DNA from: an uncultured delta proteobacterium
Lineage (GTDB): Bacteria > Myxococcota_A > Polyangia > Polyangiales > Polyangiaceae
NCBI GenBank assembly: GCA_963850305.1
Contig: CAWKKR010000011.1
Coordinates: 224,001-288,000 of the forward strand
Direction: 5' to 3'
Length of the DNA stretch: 64,000 nucleotides
Positions 30,641-39,770 of this stretch are shown in pieces. Under the pieces are notes generated by a model, which did no database searches, had not been told where the DNA came from, and saw only the letters and a list, made by a program, of their open reading frames with translations. The stretch's first letter is position 1. Each line of letters opens with the position of its first letter. A program made the translations under genes and the position numbers.

Positions 30641-31488
30641 TGCGCGTGGGAATGGTCGTCGCGCTGGTCCTGGCACTCGGCGGCGTGTCGGCGCTCGAGC
30701 GCAACGTCCACGGCCGCCTCGAGCACGAGCACGCGACGCTCCGCGTCCTCGACACGCTCGCCGCAACCGACGCGGACCTGGCGACGAGCATCCTCGAGCT
30801 CCGTGCGGGAACGCTCGCCTACTTCGATCCGATTGTCCGCGACGTCAAACTGCTGCGCCAGGTGTCTGCGCTCCCCAGTCCGGCGGGCGAGGCGGACTCC
30901 GGGCAATGGCAACGGCAAGCCCTCGCTCGCCTCGCGGCGGATCTTCGAACCCAGGAAGACTGGGTGGAGACGCTGAAGACCGATCACTCGCTCCTCCGGA
31001 ACTCGTCCCTGCACTTTCCGATGGCCGCCGCGACACTCGAGCGAAACAGCGCCGCGAGCCCTGCCCGGCTCGACGCGCTCCGCACGGCTCTCGCGCGCTA
31101 CTCGATCGGACCGAGCAAGAGCCTTTCCGAGCAAGCGGCGCACGAGGTGGACGCCCTCGAAGCCTCCCCCGCCCCCGCCGATGCCGTCGGAGCCGAAGCG
31201 CGCCGGTCACTCATCGGCCACGCGCGGAGCATCGTCGAGCGACGTGAGCGCGTCGACGATCTGGTCCGCAAGATCCTGCGATCCCCCACCCGCGCCGGCA
31301 TCGCGGAGCTGGTCCAGTTCCACCGTCGCGTCGAGAGCCGCGCCCTGGTCGTGCTCATCGCCGCCCGCACCGTGCTGCTGGTCCTCGGCCTCCTCACGGC
31401 GATCGCGCTCGGCGAACTGCTGATGCGATGGCGCCCCCGGGCAAGCGTGCCCCCGGTGCGCGCCTCGGCGCGACCGGCGGACGGCTGA
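30640..31488 (+). CDS. Stand-alone DAHL-type sensor-domain membrane protein (two TMs, no output domain)
   Basis: D.DL...ILELRAG.L.YFDPIV, VETLKT.HSLLRNS..HFP and HARSIV...VD.L..IL..P fit the DAHL pattern; TGATG coupling to the CcP gene. Confidence 0.7.
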   Translation: MRVGMVVALVLALGGVSALERNVHGRLEHEHATLRVLDTLAATDADLATSILELRAGTLAYFDPIVRDVKLLRQVSALPSPAGEADSGQWQRQALARLAADLRTQEDWVETLKTDHSLLRNSSLHFPMAAATLERNSAASPARLDALRTALARYSIGPSKSLSEQAAHEVDALEASPAPADAVGAEARRSLIGHARSIVERRERVDDLVRKILRSPTRAGIAELVQFHRRVESRALVVLIAARTVLLVLGLLTAIALGELLMRWRPRASVPPVRASARPADG

Positions 31489-31556
31489 GCCAGGCTCCAA
31501 GGCCTGCTTCTACAACACCCTGGGCGCCGTGCGGCGCCTCGGATAGAGTCTGCCTC

Positions 31557-32318
31557 GTGGTTCGAGACGGGACATCTCGCGCCCGGCGGGGGCGCGTCAT
31601 TGTGCTCGTGCTGCTCGCGGCAGGTTGCGGCAGCACCAGCGGCGCGAGCCTCTTCTCGGCGCAGAACACCGGCGGGACCCTCGGTGCGAGCGCGGGAGGC
31701 AGCGTCGGCACCGGTGGGACGACGTCGCTCGGCACGGGCGGGCAGACCGCCGCAGCCAGCGGCGGCACGAACGGCGGCGGAACCAGCGGCAACGGTGGGG
31801 CGATCGGCGGCGGCGCGAACGGCGCTGGCGGCGGCGCGAACGGCGCTGGCGGCATGGGCAGCGGAGGGGTCGCGGGCAGCAGTGGGTCGGGCGGGACGGG
31901 CGGCAGCATGTCGGGCGACGCCGGCGAGGGAACGGGGGGCACCGCAGACGATGCCGTCGCGTGCGACGGAGTGACGTGCTCGGTCAGCTCGCAAGAAGAG
32001 TGCTGCTTCGACGGCACCTCCCCGCACTGCTTCTCCGGCGATCTCGGCGGCAAGTGCTCTTGCAGCGGACTCTTCTGCTCGACCACCGTCGTCGACTGCG
32101 ACGGACCCGAAGATTGCCCGAGCGGACAACTATGTTGCGGCAACATGGGTCTCACCGACTCCGTCTTCACCCGCCTCTCCTGCGCGAAGAACTGCTCGAG
32201 CGGCATCACGAACACGGAGACCGAGATCTGCCACCCGGACGGCCCCCCCTGCACGAACGGCAACACGTGCAGCCCCGACGCCGCGCTGCCCACCGGGTAC
32301 ACGGACTGCGGATATTAG
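31557..32318 (+). CDS. Gly/Cys-rich lipoprotein
   Basis: LAAGC lipobox, Gly linker, CDGPEDCPSGQLCC module. Confidence 0.75.
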   Translation: MVRDGTSRARRGRVIVLVLLAAGCGSTSGASLFSAQNTGGTLGASAGGSVGTGGTTSLGTGGQTAAASGGTNGGGTSGNGGAIGGGANGAGGGANGAGGMGSGGVAGSSGSGGTGGSMSGDAGEGTGGTADDAVACDGVTCSVSSQEECCFDGTSPHCFSGDLGGKCSCSGLFCSTTVVDCDGPEDCPSGQLCCGNMGLTDSVFTRLSCAKNCSSGITNTETEICHPDGPPCTNGNTCSPDAALPTGYTDCGY

Positions 32319-32348
32319 TTCCGCATCGACGCGCGCGTCGATGCGGAA

Positions 32349-33215
32349 CTACTTACTTCGCAGCGCTTCCAGGATCTCGACCGTCGCGTGGGAGCGATTC
32401 AGCGTGTAGAAGTGAATGCCGGGCGCGCCGCGGGCGACGAGGTCGCGGCACTGCGCGATGGCGTGGGCAATGCCCACGGCCCGGACGGCTTCGGGGTCGG
32501 TTTTGACGGCTTCGAGCTCGTCGAGCAGCGCGGCGGGGATCTTCGCGCCGCAGAGGCTCGTGATGCGGCGGATCTGTGAGAGGTTCGTGATGGGCCAGAT
32601 GCCGGCAATGATGCGCTGGCGTATCCCGGCCGCCCGCGCGCGCTCGACGAACGAGAAGTAATTCGCGTTGTCGAAGAAGAGCTGCGTCACGAGGAAGTCG
32701 ACGCCCGCGTCCACCTTGGTCTTCAGGTGCCGAAGATCGGTCTCGGCGTCGGGAGCCTCCGGGTGTTTCTCGGGATAACACGCGCCCGCGAGGCACAGGT
32801 CGTGGCGCGAGCGGATGAACGCGACGAGCTCCGATGCGGCACCGAAACCGCCGGGCGTCTTCACGAACCTCGTCTCACCCTTCGGGGGATCGCCGCGGAG
32901 CGGGAGCACGTTCTCGATGCCGGATTCGCGGAACTGCTCGAGCACGTCGGTGATGTCGGTCTGGGTCGCGCCGACGCACGTCAGGTGCGCCATCGCGTCG
33001 ATGCCGGTCTCACGCGTGATGCGCCCGACGAGCTCGACCGTGAGCCGCCGCGTACTGCCCCCCGCGCCCCAGGTGACCGAGACGTACGTCGGTTCGTACG
33101 GGCGCAGATCGCGAACGGTCTGGAAGAGCTGCTCGACGCCGGCTTCGTCCCTCGGCGGAAAGAACTCGAACGAATAAGCGGGGTTCTCTTGCTCTAGCTT
33201 GTCGATGATCTTCAC
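32349..33215 (-). CDS. metF: 5,10-methylenetetrahydrofolate reductase
   Basis: SFEFFPP, SVTWGAGGS, AHLTC, LRGDPP, YPEKHP, TQLFFD, HFYTLN. Confidence 0.96.
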   Translation of the reverse strand: MKIIDKLEQENPAYSFEFFPPRDEAGVEQLFQTVRDLRPYEPTYVSVTWGAGGSTRRLTVELVGRITRETGIDAMAHLTCVGATQTDITDVLEQFRESGIENVLPLRGDPPKGETRFVKTPGGFGAASELVAFIRSRHDLCLAGACYPEKHPEAPDAETDLRHLKTKVDAGVDFLVTQLFFDNANYFSFVERARAAGIRQRIIAGIWPITNLSQIRRITSLCGAKIPAALLDELEAVKTDPEAVRAVGIAHAIAQCRDLVARGAPGIHFYTLNRSHATVEILEALRSK

Positions 33216-33276
33216 GGGCGGGGGTGCGGGAGCCTACCCTGAAATGTCCGCCCGATGCTAAGGACTGGCGCGAGAG

Positions 33277-34735
33277 ATGCGCATCCACGTCGTGGCGGTT
33301 TCGGGCACGGGCATGGGCTCCCTCGCCGGCCTGTTGCGTGAGCTCGGGCATGAAGTGACGGGGAGCGACGTCGCATTCGATGCGCCCATGGGGCCCTTGC
33401 TCGAAGAGTGGGGAGTGGTTTGTTGGCGCGGATTTCGATCCGGCGCACCTCGACCCGCGGCCGGACCTCGTCGTCATCGGGAACGTGTGCCGGAAGGACA
33501 ATCCGGAAGCGCGCGCGGCCATCGATGGAGGACTGCCGTACACGCACATCGCGGGCGCGCTCGCGGAGTTCGTGCTCGGGGGCACGCGGCCGCTCGTCGT
33601 CGCGGGCACGCACGGCAAGACGACCACGACGTCGCTCTGCGCCTGGCTCCTCGAAGCCGCGGGGCGCGAGCCGGGTTTCCTCGTCGGCGGCGTGCCGGTG
33701 AACTTCACGCGTAGCTTTCGCGCGCCGCGGAAGAAGCGGTTGCCCGTCGCGGGCGGCGTGTCAGTGGACGCACGCGCGCCGTTCGTCATCGAGGGGGACG
33801 AGTACGACACCTCCTTCTTCGAAAAGACGGCGAAGTTTCTCCACTACCGCGCGGAGGTCGCGATCATCACGTCGATAGAGCACGACCACGTGGACATCTA
33901 TCCGACGATGGACGCTTACCGCGACGCGTTCCGGAAATTCGTCGCGACCGTGCCGGAGAGCGGGCTCGTCGTCGCGAACGCCGCCGACCCGGTCGTCGTG
34001 GAGGTCGTCCGGGAAGCCGCGCGCGCGGACGTCGCGTGGTATGCGCTCGAGGGCGAGCCGCTCCACGGGGTGGCGCCACGCTGGCTCGGCGCGCCCGCGG
34101 GCACGGACGCGCGCGGCACGGCGTTCGACCTGTACGCGGGCGGCGTCGCGTGCGGACGCCACGTCGTGCCGCTCGGCGGCAGGCACAACGTCGCGAACGC
34201 CGTCGCCGCCATCGGCGCCGTGGTCGAAGGATACGGGCCGCGCCTGCACGAGGTCGCGCGGCCGCTCGCGCAGTTCCGCGGCGTGAAGCGGCGCCAGGAG
34301 GTCATCGGCGAGCCGCGCGGCATCGTCGTCATCGACGACTTCGCGCATCACCCGACGGCCGTGCGAGAGACCCTCGCCGCTCTCCGCGCGCGCTTTCCGA
34401 CAGGGCGGCTCTTCGCGGCGTTCGAGCCGCGGAGCGCCACCGCGTGCCGCGCCATGCACCAGGCCGATTACGCCCTGAGCTTCGACGCCGCCGACGAGGT
34501 GCTGCTCGCACCGCTCGGACGCACCGGGCTCGCGGACGGAGAGCGGCTCGACCTCGAGCGCCTCGCCGCGGACCTGCGCGCGAAGGGCAAGCGCTCCGCG
34601 AGGTTCGACGGCACGGCGTCCATCGTCGCGGAGTTGGTCGAGCGGGCACGCCGGGGGGACGTCATCGCGCTCCTGTCGAACGGCGCTTTCGGGGGTATCC
34701 ACGGAAAGCTCCTCGCGGCACTCGACCCACGCTGA
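33277..34735 (+). CDS. mpl: Murein peptide ligase (Mpl); 1-nt indel near 33434
   Basis: GTGMGSLA..L..LG..VTGSD, GTHGKTTT, EGDEYDT.FF.K..KF.HY, DDFAHHPTA, FEPRS, SNG.FGG. Confidence 0.9.
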
Positions 34736-34790
34736 GCCCGAAATGCGCAGACGCGCCGACGCGCCGCTCGTGGAACAAAGGGCGCTCCTT
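34731..34790 (+). repeat. Left direct repeat of 1.9-kb islet
   Basis: 54/60 identical to 36631-36690; includes the mpl stop codon. Confidence 0.85.
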
Positions 34791-34848
34791 CGAGGAGCGT
34801 CGAACGCTCCGTGGCCTGGGTCTTCCGGTCGCGCTAAGCTCCTGCCCC

Positions 34849-35187
34849 ATGCAGGCCCTCGAAGCCATGCTGCCTCCTCTGAAGGAAGACGCTGACGGAG
34901 TGCTTCGCGTCGCGGGCACTCGCATCTCGTTGGACTCCATCGTGGCGGCCTTCGACATGGGCGCGACGGCCGAAGAGATCGTCGACCGATACCCGTCAGT
35001 CGGTCTCGCAAGCGTCTACGAGATCATCGGCTACGTATTGCGCCACCGGGGGGCAGTCGACGGGTACCTGGCCGATCGCGAGCGTCAGGTCGCGGAGGTC
35101 AGGACCCACCTCGAGACGCGCTTCCCCCCCGACGGGATCCGCGCTCGCCTGATCGCTCGCCAGGGCGGTCCCAGCGCTGCACGATGA
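34849..35187 (+). CDS. DUF433-family antitoxin
   Basis: GVLRVAGTRISLDSIV..F..GATAEEI...YPS..LA.VY..I.Y.L. Confidence 0.85.
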   Translation: MQALEAMLPPLKEDADGVLRVAGTRISLDSIVAAFDMGATAEEIVDRYPSVGLASVYEIIGYVLRHRGAVDGYLADRERQVAEVRTHLETRFPPDGIRARLIARQGGPSAAR

Positions 35188-35309
35188 TCCGCCTCGCCGC
35201 GGACGAAGATCTCGACAACGACATCCTGCGAGCCCTGCGCCGACGCCTGCCCACCCCGCTCGCCGAGCGGGCACGTCTGAGCACGAATCGAGCGCTGCAT
35301 CGGCCTTAG
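35184..35309 (+). pseudogene. Truncated DUF5615/PIN-like toxin
   Basis: ATGA-coupled; MIRLAADEDLDNDILRALRRRLP matches the family N-terminus, then similarity is lost and TAG follows after 41 aa. Confidence 0.65.
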
Positions 35310-35328
35310 CTTAAGCTAGGCAGCAGCC

Positions 35329-36444
35329 TCATTCGTCAAATGAACCGCCCTCCTCTCGGGTCCGCTTCACGTCTGCGAACGCTTCCCGAAACAGACCGCC
35401 AAGGTCCGCGATCTCCGCGACCGAGTCGAGCGGCACGAGCGACCATAGGCCACTCGTACCCAAATGGCGTCCCGGCGCCAGTTCGGTTGCTTTCTCAGGC
35501 GGTAGGTGCACCCACACGATCGGGTGCTTCCGATCGAGCTGGAGCCTCGCGAACGCCCACGTGCGTTTCTCGGCAATGTGGATCTTGAAGTATGCGACCG
35601 AGGGTTCGTATGCCGCCGGACGGTCCGGTCCGAGCAACCTCTTGATCGTCGCGAAGGCGTTCAGCTCGTCGGTCGACGCTTCGACTTTCCCACCCCCTGC
35701 AGCGTCGGGTTTCGACTCGCGACCAACCGGCGTCGGAGTCGTCAAGGCGGCTGTCAGCATCCGCTGCCGCGCCCACTCGTTGATCGCGCTCGCCACGATG
35801 CTCTTCCAGCTCTCGATGACCGCTTGCGTGAGATTTCTTGTCTCGATGTTGGCGATCGCGAGCTTGGTAAACTCGGTCGACGGCTCAAGGAGGCGCGTCA
35901 GCTCCCCGAGGAGCAAATTCTTCTCGCGTTGCCGCTGTGCGTAGGCGCGAACTAGCTCAGGGTTGAGCTTTGCCTTCAGCAGGATGGTGATTACGTCAAA
36001 AGGTGCCGGGTCCTCGGAGAAGACGTCCCACTTGGCGAAAGGCTCCTTGTCCATGACGTTCGGGTTGACGACGTCAGTGAAGAAGCGCCACTGGGCGCCG
36101 TTAGTCAGGATGCCTAACTTCACATTCGGATCCTTGGCGAAGTAGTCAGCGAGCTGTTCATCGAAGCCCCCGAGCTTCCTTCCTACCTCCTTGGCCTCAA
36201 CGAAAAAGGCGAACGTCCCGTTGTGCAGGAATGCCCAGTCGATTGGCTTCGAGGAGCGCTCCTTCCCGAAATCCACCTTGTATTCGGGAATGCATTCCCG
36301 CGGATCGGTGAGGTCGTAGCCGAGCATCGTGAAAAAGGGACCAATGAGGCTTTGCTTGGTGGCCTGCTCGTTGCCCTTGACGTGCTCGGCAAGCTCCTTC
36401 ACACGCTTGATGTACCCCGCGATCTGATCTGACAAGTCCGACAT
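35329..36444 (-). CDS. HsdR N-terminal-like (PD-(D/E)xK) nuclease-domain protein
   Basis: NEQATKQSLI.PF..LGYD..DP.E..PEY, IDWA, VEAK, QL..YF, GILTNG..WRFF.D...N.MD..PF; visibly more A/T-rich than neighbours; no helicase domain. Confidence 0.8.
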   Translation of the reverse strand: MSDLSDQIAGYIKRVKELAEHVKGNEQATKQSLIGPFFTMLGYDLTDPRECIPEYKVDFGKERSSKPIDWAFLHNGTFAFFVEAKEVGRKLGGFDEQLADYFAKDPNVKLGILTNGAQWRFFTDVVNPNVMDKEPFAKWDVFSEDPAPFDVITILLKAKLNPELVRAYAQRQREKNLLLGELTRLLEPSTEFTKLAIANIETRNLTQAVIESWKSIVASAINEWARQRMLTAALTTPTPVGRESKPDAAGGGKVEASTDELNAFATIKRLLGPDRPAAYEPSVAYFKIHIAEKRTWAFARLQLDRKHPIVWVHLPPEKATELAPGRHLGTSGLWSLVPLDSVAEIADLGGLFREAFADVKRTREEGGSFDE

Positions 36445-36630
36445 CCGAGCTACGGTAACATGTCGCTTGGGGCAGCGGACTGCTCGTTTCACCGCAGGAT
36501 TTCCGTCCGTCGTGGAGACCAAGCGGGCGAGACGAAAGGGCGGTCGACGCGCCGCGCGTACGCTTCTGCGCTCACCCTGCGTCGGGACGAACGAGAAGCG
36601 CGCCACGGTCATGACCGGCCCCAGCTATGC

Positions 36631-36690
36631 GCTGAGCCCGAAATGCGCGGACGCCCCGACGCGCCGCTCGTGTGATAAAAGGCGCTCCTT
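36631..36690 (+). repeat. Right direct repeat of 1.9-kb islet (overlaps probable ychJ promoter)
   Basis: 54/60 identical to 34731-34790; carries TGTGATAAAA and is followed by the GGAGG RBS. Confidence 0.85.
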
Positions 36691-36705
36691 CTCGGAGGAT
36701 TACTC

Positions 36706-37197
36706 GTGGCCTGTATCTGCGGACTCGGTGAATCGACGGAAACCTGCTGTCTCCCCATCATCAAAGGGGAGCGCCCCGCGGCGACGGCCGAGGCCGTCAT
36801 GCGCGCCCGCTTCACGGCGTACGCACTCGGCGAGATCGATTACATCCTGGATTCCCTGCACCCCGAGCACCGGGGGGACGTCGACCGCGCCGCAACGGAG
36901 ACGTGGTCGAAGAACGCCACGTGGAAGAACCTCGAGATCCTCTCGACGGAAGCCGGCGGCGAGAGCGACGCGGAGGGCAAGGTCGAGTTCAAGGCGCACT
37001 TCGAGATCAACCGAGCACCCCACCTTCACCACGAGCACGCCAGGTTCGCGCGACACGACGGTCGCTGGTACTACGTGGACGGCGACGTCGAAGGCGCGAA
37101 ACCCATCGTCCGCGAAGGGCCGCGGATCGGCCGCAACGACCCGTGTCACTGCGGGAGCGGCAAGAAGTACAAGAAGTGCTGCGGCAAGGCGGCGTGA
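36706..37197 (+). CDS. YchJ family SEC-C motif protein
   Basis: CICG....[16 protein letters not shown]...F......[24 protein letters not shown]. Confidence 0.92.
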   Translation: MACICGLGESTETCCLPIIKGERPAATAEAVMRARFTAYALGEIDYILDSLHPEHRGDVDRAATETWSKNATWKNLEILSTEAGGESDAEGKVEFKAHFEINRAPHLHHEHARFARHDGRWYYVDGDVEGAKPIVREGPRIGRNDPCHCGSGKKYKKCCGKAA

Positions 37198-37263
37198 GGG
37201 GGTGAGCGGCCGCTCACGCGAGGTGAACCGCCGCCCGCGTGCAACGTCGAGTCCCGCGGCGCT

Positions 37264-38113
37264 TCACGGCTCCGCGCGAGCGCACCGGGGGCTGTCGAGG
37301 ACGACCGTGACGCCGTGGTTCGTCGGGACGAGCTGATTCCAGAGCTGCGTCGTGGCGGCCGTGCCGGTGAAGACGTCGACGTGCTCGCCCTTGACGCGGA
37401 GGCCGCGATCTTGCGCGATGAAGCAACCGTCGTGGAACGCGGAGCGGGCGCGATCGACGGGTAGACCGTCGAACTCCGGGAATGTAAATGGGCGTGCCCA
37501 TGGGCACGAGGGAGTCATCCACGGCCACGGTGAGGAGCGGCGTGATGGGCAAGCCAAGTGCGCCGCGCCCCCAAGGGAACTTCGTGGCGTCGAGGGCCTC
37601 GAAGCAGATCTTCTCGCCGGTCTTCGGACACACCTCGGCGCAATCGCAGCCACGCTTGGCGAAGCTGATGGTCTGGCCCGTCGTCAGAATGCCGCTGCCC
37701 TGCACGCACACGGCCTCGTAGAAGCCGCGAGGAACGTCGGTGATGCTGCCGCACCTGACGTCGTGCAGCGTGACCGGGTTCCCGTCGAAGTCGGACTCCA
37801 GGGGGAAGTCGTAATAGGTGTTGCGGAACGTGCCGAGGACCCTGCCGACGACCGGTTCGTGCGGATTCGGCGCGGTGGACGAGAGAACCGGCTCTTCTTC
37901 CTGTTCGCTGCCGAGCACGCGTGTCTCGAACCGCGCGGGGTCGGGGGGCGCGGACTGCTCGACCGCACGCTTCTCGTTGGGTCGAGGCGTCTCCACGGTG
38001 TCGTCGTCCGCCGTGTTCCCTTGCTCGAACCACGTCGAGCCAGCGGTGGCGCATGCTGACAAAGTCGCAGCGGCCAACCCCAAGATCGCCCCCTGCGTCC
38101 GCCCGAGCTTCAT
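37264..38113 (-). CDS. 3D-domain lipoprotein (MltA-like Asp triad); 1-nt indel near 37478
   Basis: LSAC lipobox, FRNTYY, TVAVD...PMGT.IYIP, then AQDRG..VKGEHVDVFTG in the shifted frame. Confidence 0.75.
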
Positions 38114-38529
38114 CGCGCGCGGTCCCTCAGCGAGAGCCTGGGAATGGACGGGTCGCAGAGGTCGCCCGCGTCGCGCGTGATGTGCGGCTTGAGTTGTTCG
38201 GTGTGGCGCACCCAGTGCTCGCGCACGCGAGGGGGCACCTGGAACTCGTCGAGGGTGTCCTTCAGGATCTGGAGACGCCGGTTGAACTGCCCGCCCATGA
38301 TGGGGTGAGCGGCATGCACTTCGCGGAGCGGGCGTCCCGTGTACTCGACGTCGGCGCCGAGGTGACGCGCCGCGAACTCGTACTCCTTCGCCTTCACGCG
38401 CTCGCGGCTCGCATTCCGGAAGAAGAAGCCGATCATGGCATCGTCGAAGATGCGATCGACGAACCGGTCCACGATGCGCCGGAGCGCGGGCTCACCGCCG
38501 AGCTCGTCGAAGAAGGTCGGAGCGTTCAT
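38110..38529 (-). CDS. Group I truncated haemoglobin
   Basis: F..LGGE..L..IVD.F...I..D..I..FF, LG...YTGR.L..VH. Confidence 0.85.
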   Translation of the reverse strand: MNAPTFFDELGGEPALRRIVDRFVDRIFDDAMIGFFFRNASRERVKAKEYEFAARHLGADVEYTGRPLREVHAAHPIMGGQFNRRLQILKDTLDEFQVPPRVREHWVRHTEQLKPHITRDAGDLCDPSIPRLSLRDRAR

Positions 38530-38584
38530 CCACTCCCGAAGCTAGCAGAAACGTCGCCGAGAGCGACGCCCCAGAGCTTCCGGA

Positions 38585-39661
38585 CTACGTCCGCGGGGCG
38601 TTCCCGTGCGACGCGACGCCGAGCTCGTTCAGGAAGCGGCCGATGCTGCGGAAGCGGTCCGACCTGCCGAACTGCACGAGGTGCCCGCCGTGCATCGTCT
38701 CCAGCCGGCATCCGAAATGCTGCGCCAGCTTGCGCGCGTTCTCGATGGGTGTGATGCGGTCGGCTTCCGCGCCGATGACGAGGACGGTACTCGACGGAAT
38801 CGCGAGCTTCCGGTGGAGCGGGCTGGTCATCTTGTGCACCGCCTCGAGCGCCTTGTGCTGCGCCACGTCTTCTTCCGGCGTGTCGCCGAGATGGCCGTTG
38901 AGACGCGCCGCGTCCGCGATGGACGCGAGCGGGATGATCGGGATCGCGAACGAGAGCTTCGATTCGACCGTCGCGGCGAGGGCCGTCGTGAATCCGCCGA
39001 GGCTCATGCCCATGACGCCGATCTTCTCGTGCCCGCGCGCCGAGGCCCAGCCGACGAAGTCCTGGAAATCTGCCATCGCCTGGCGAAACCCCTCGTTCGT
39101 GATGCGAGGCTCGGCTCCGGGAAAGGGCGGGAGCTCGCCAAAACGGCGGCGCATCCGCGGCCCATGGAAGGGCAGCACGAAGAGCGCGACGTCCATGCCG
39201 AGGCGTTCCAGGAACGGCAAGGGCCAGATGCGCTGCTCCATCCGGTGCACGCCGCCGAGGTAGCCGTGGATGAGAACCGCCATGGGCCGAGGCTCGGCAT
39301 GGAGGACGAGGCGCGCGGTGGCCGTTCGATTTTCCTCCGAGCGATCGTATTGCTCCTGAACTTCCGGCAGGAAGGTCCGGTAGTCACTCGCCCAGCTGAC
39401 GTCCACGATGCGCGCGCCGTCGGGCCGGATCAGCTGCACTTCTTCCTTCGGAACGATGAACCTGGGCTCCCGGAAGAAATGCTCATAGGCACCGAGCCGC
39501 TGATAGCGGTCCTTCAGCCGGTGCATGAGGGCGATACGCACCTCATGGCGGAGCGTCTTGGCGTGGCGCTGGCCCCCCGTGCGCGCGAGCGCCGTGCGAC
39601 GCACGGCCAGGTCGACCGCAGCCGCGGCCGCGCCGCAGAGGCGCTGAGTAGCTCGCTGCAT
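38585..39661 (-). CDS. Alpha/beta hydrolase
   Basis: LIHGY, LPFHG.R, GMSLGG nucleophile elbow, DRITP, GGH. Confidence 0.85.
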   Translation of the reverse strand: MQRATQRLCGAAAAAVDLAVRRTALARTGGQRHAKTLRHEVRIALMHRLKDRYQRLGAYEHFFREPRFIVPKEEVQLIRPDGARIVDVSWASDYRTFLPEVQEQYDRSEENRTATARLVLHAEPRPMAVLIHGYLGGVHRMEQRIWPLPFLERLGMDVALFVLPFHGPRMRRRFGELPPFPGAEPRITNEGFRQAMADFQDFVGWASARGHEKIGVMGMSLGGFTTALAATVESKLSFAIPIIPLASIADAARLNGHLGDTPEEDVAQHKALEAVHKMTSPLHRKLAIPSSTVLVIGAEADRITPIENARKLAQHFGCRLETMHGGHLVQFGRSDRFRSIGRFLNELGVASHGNAPRT

Positions 39662-39770
39662 CGTTCGGCTGGAGCCTAGTGCAGAACCGGCGTTCGGCCA
39701 GGGGAAAAAGTGTGAACGACCGCTGGTTACGGTGACATCGACGCACATGGGTCGCTCTCTCCGCCGCGTC

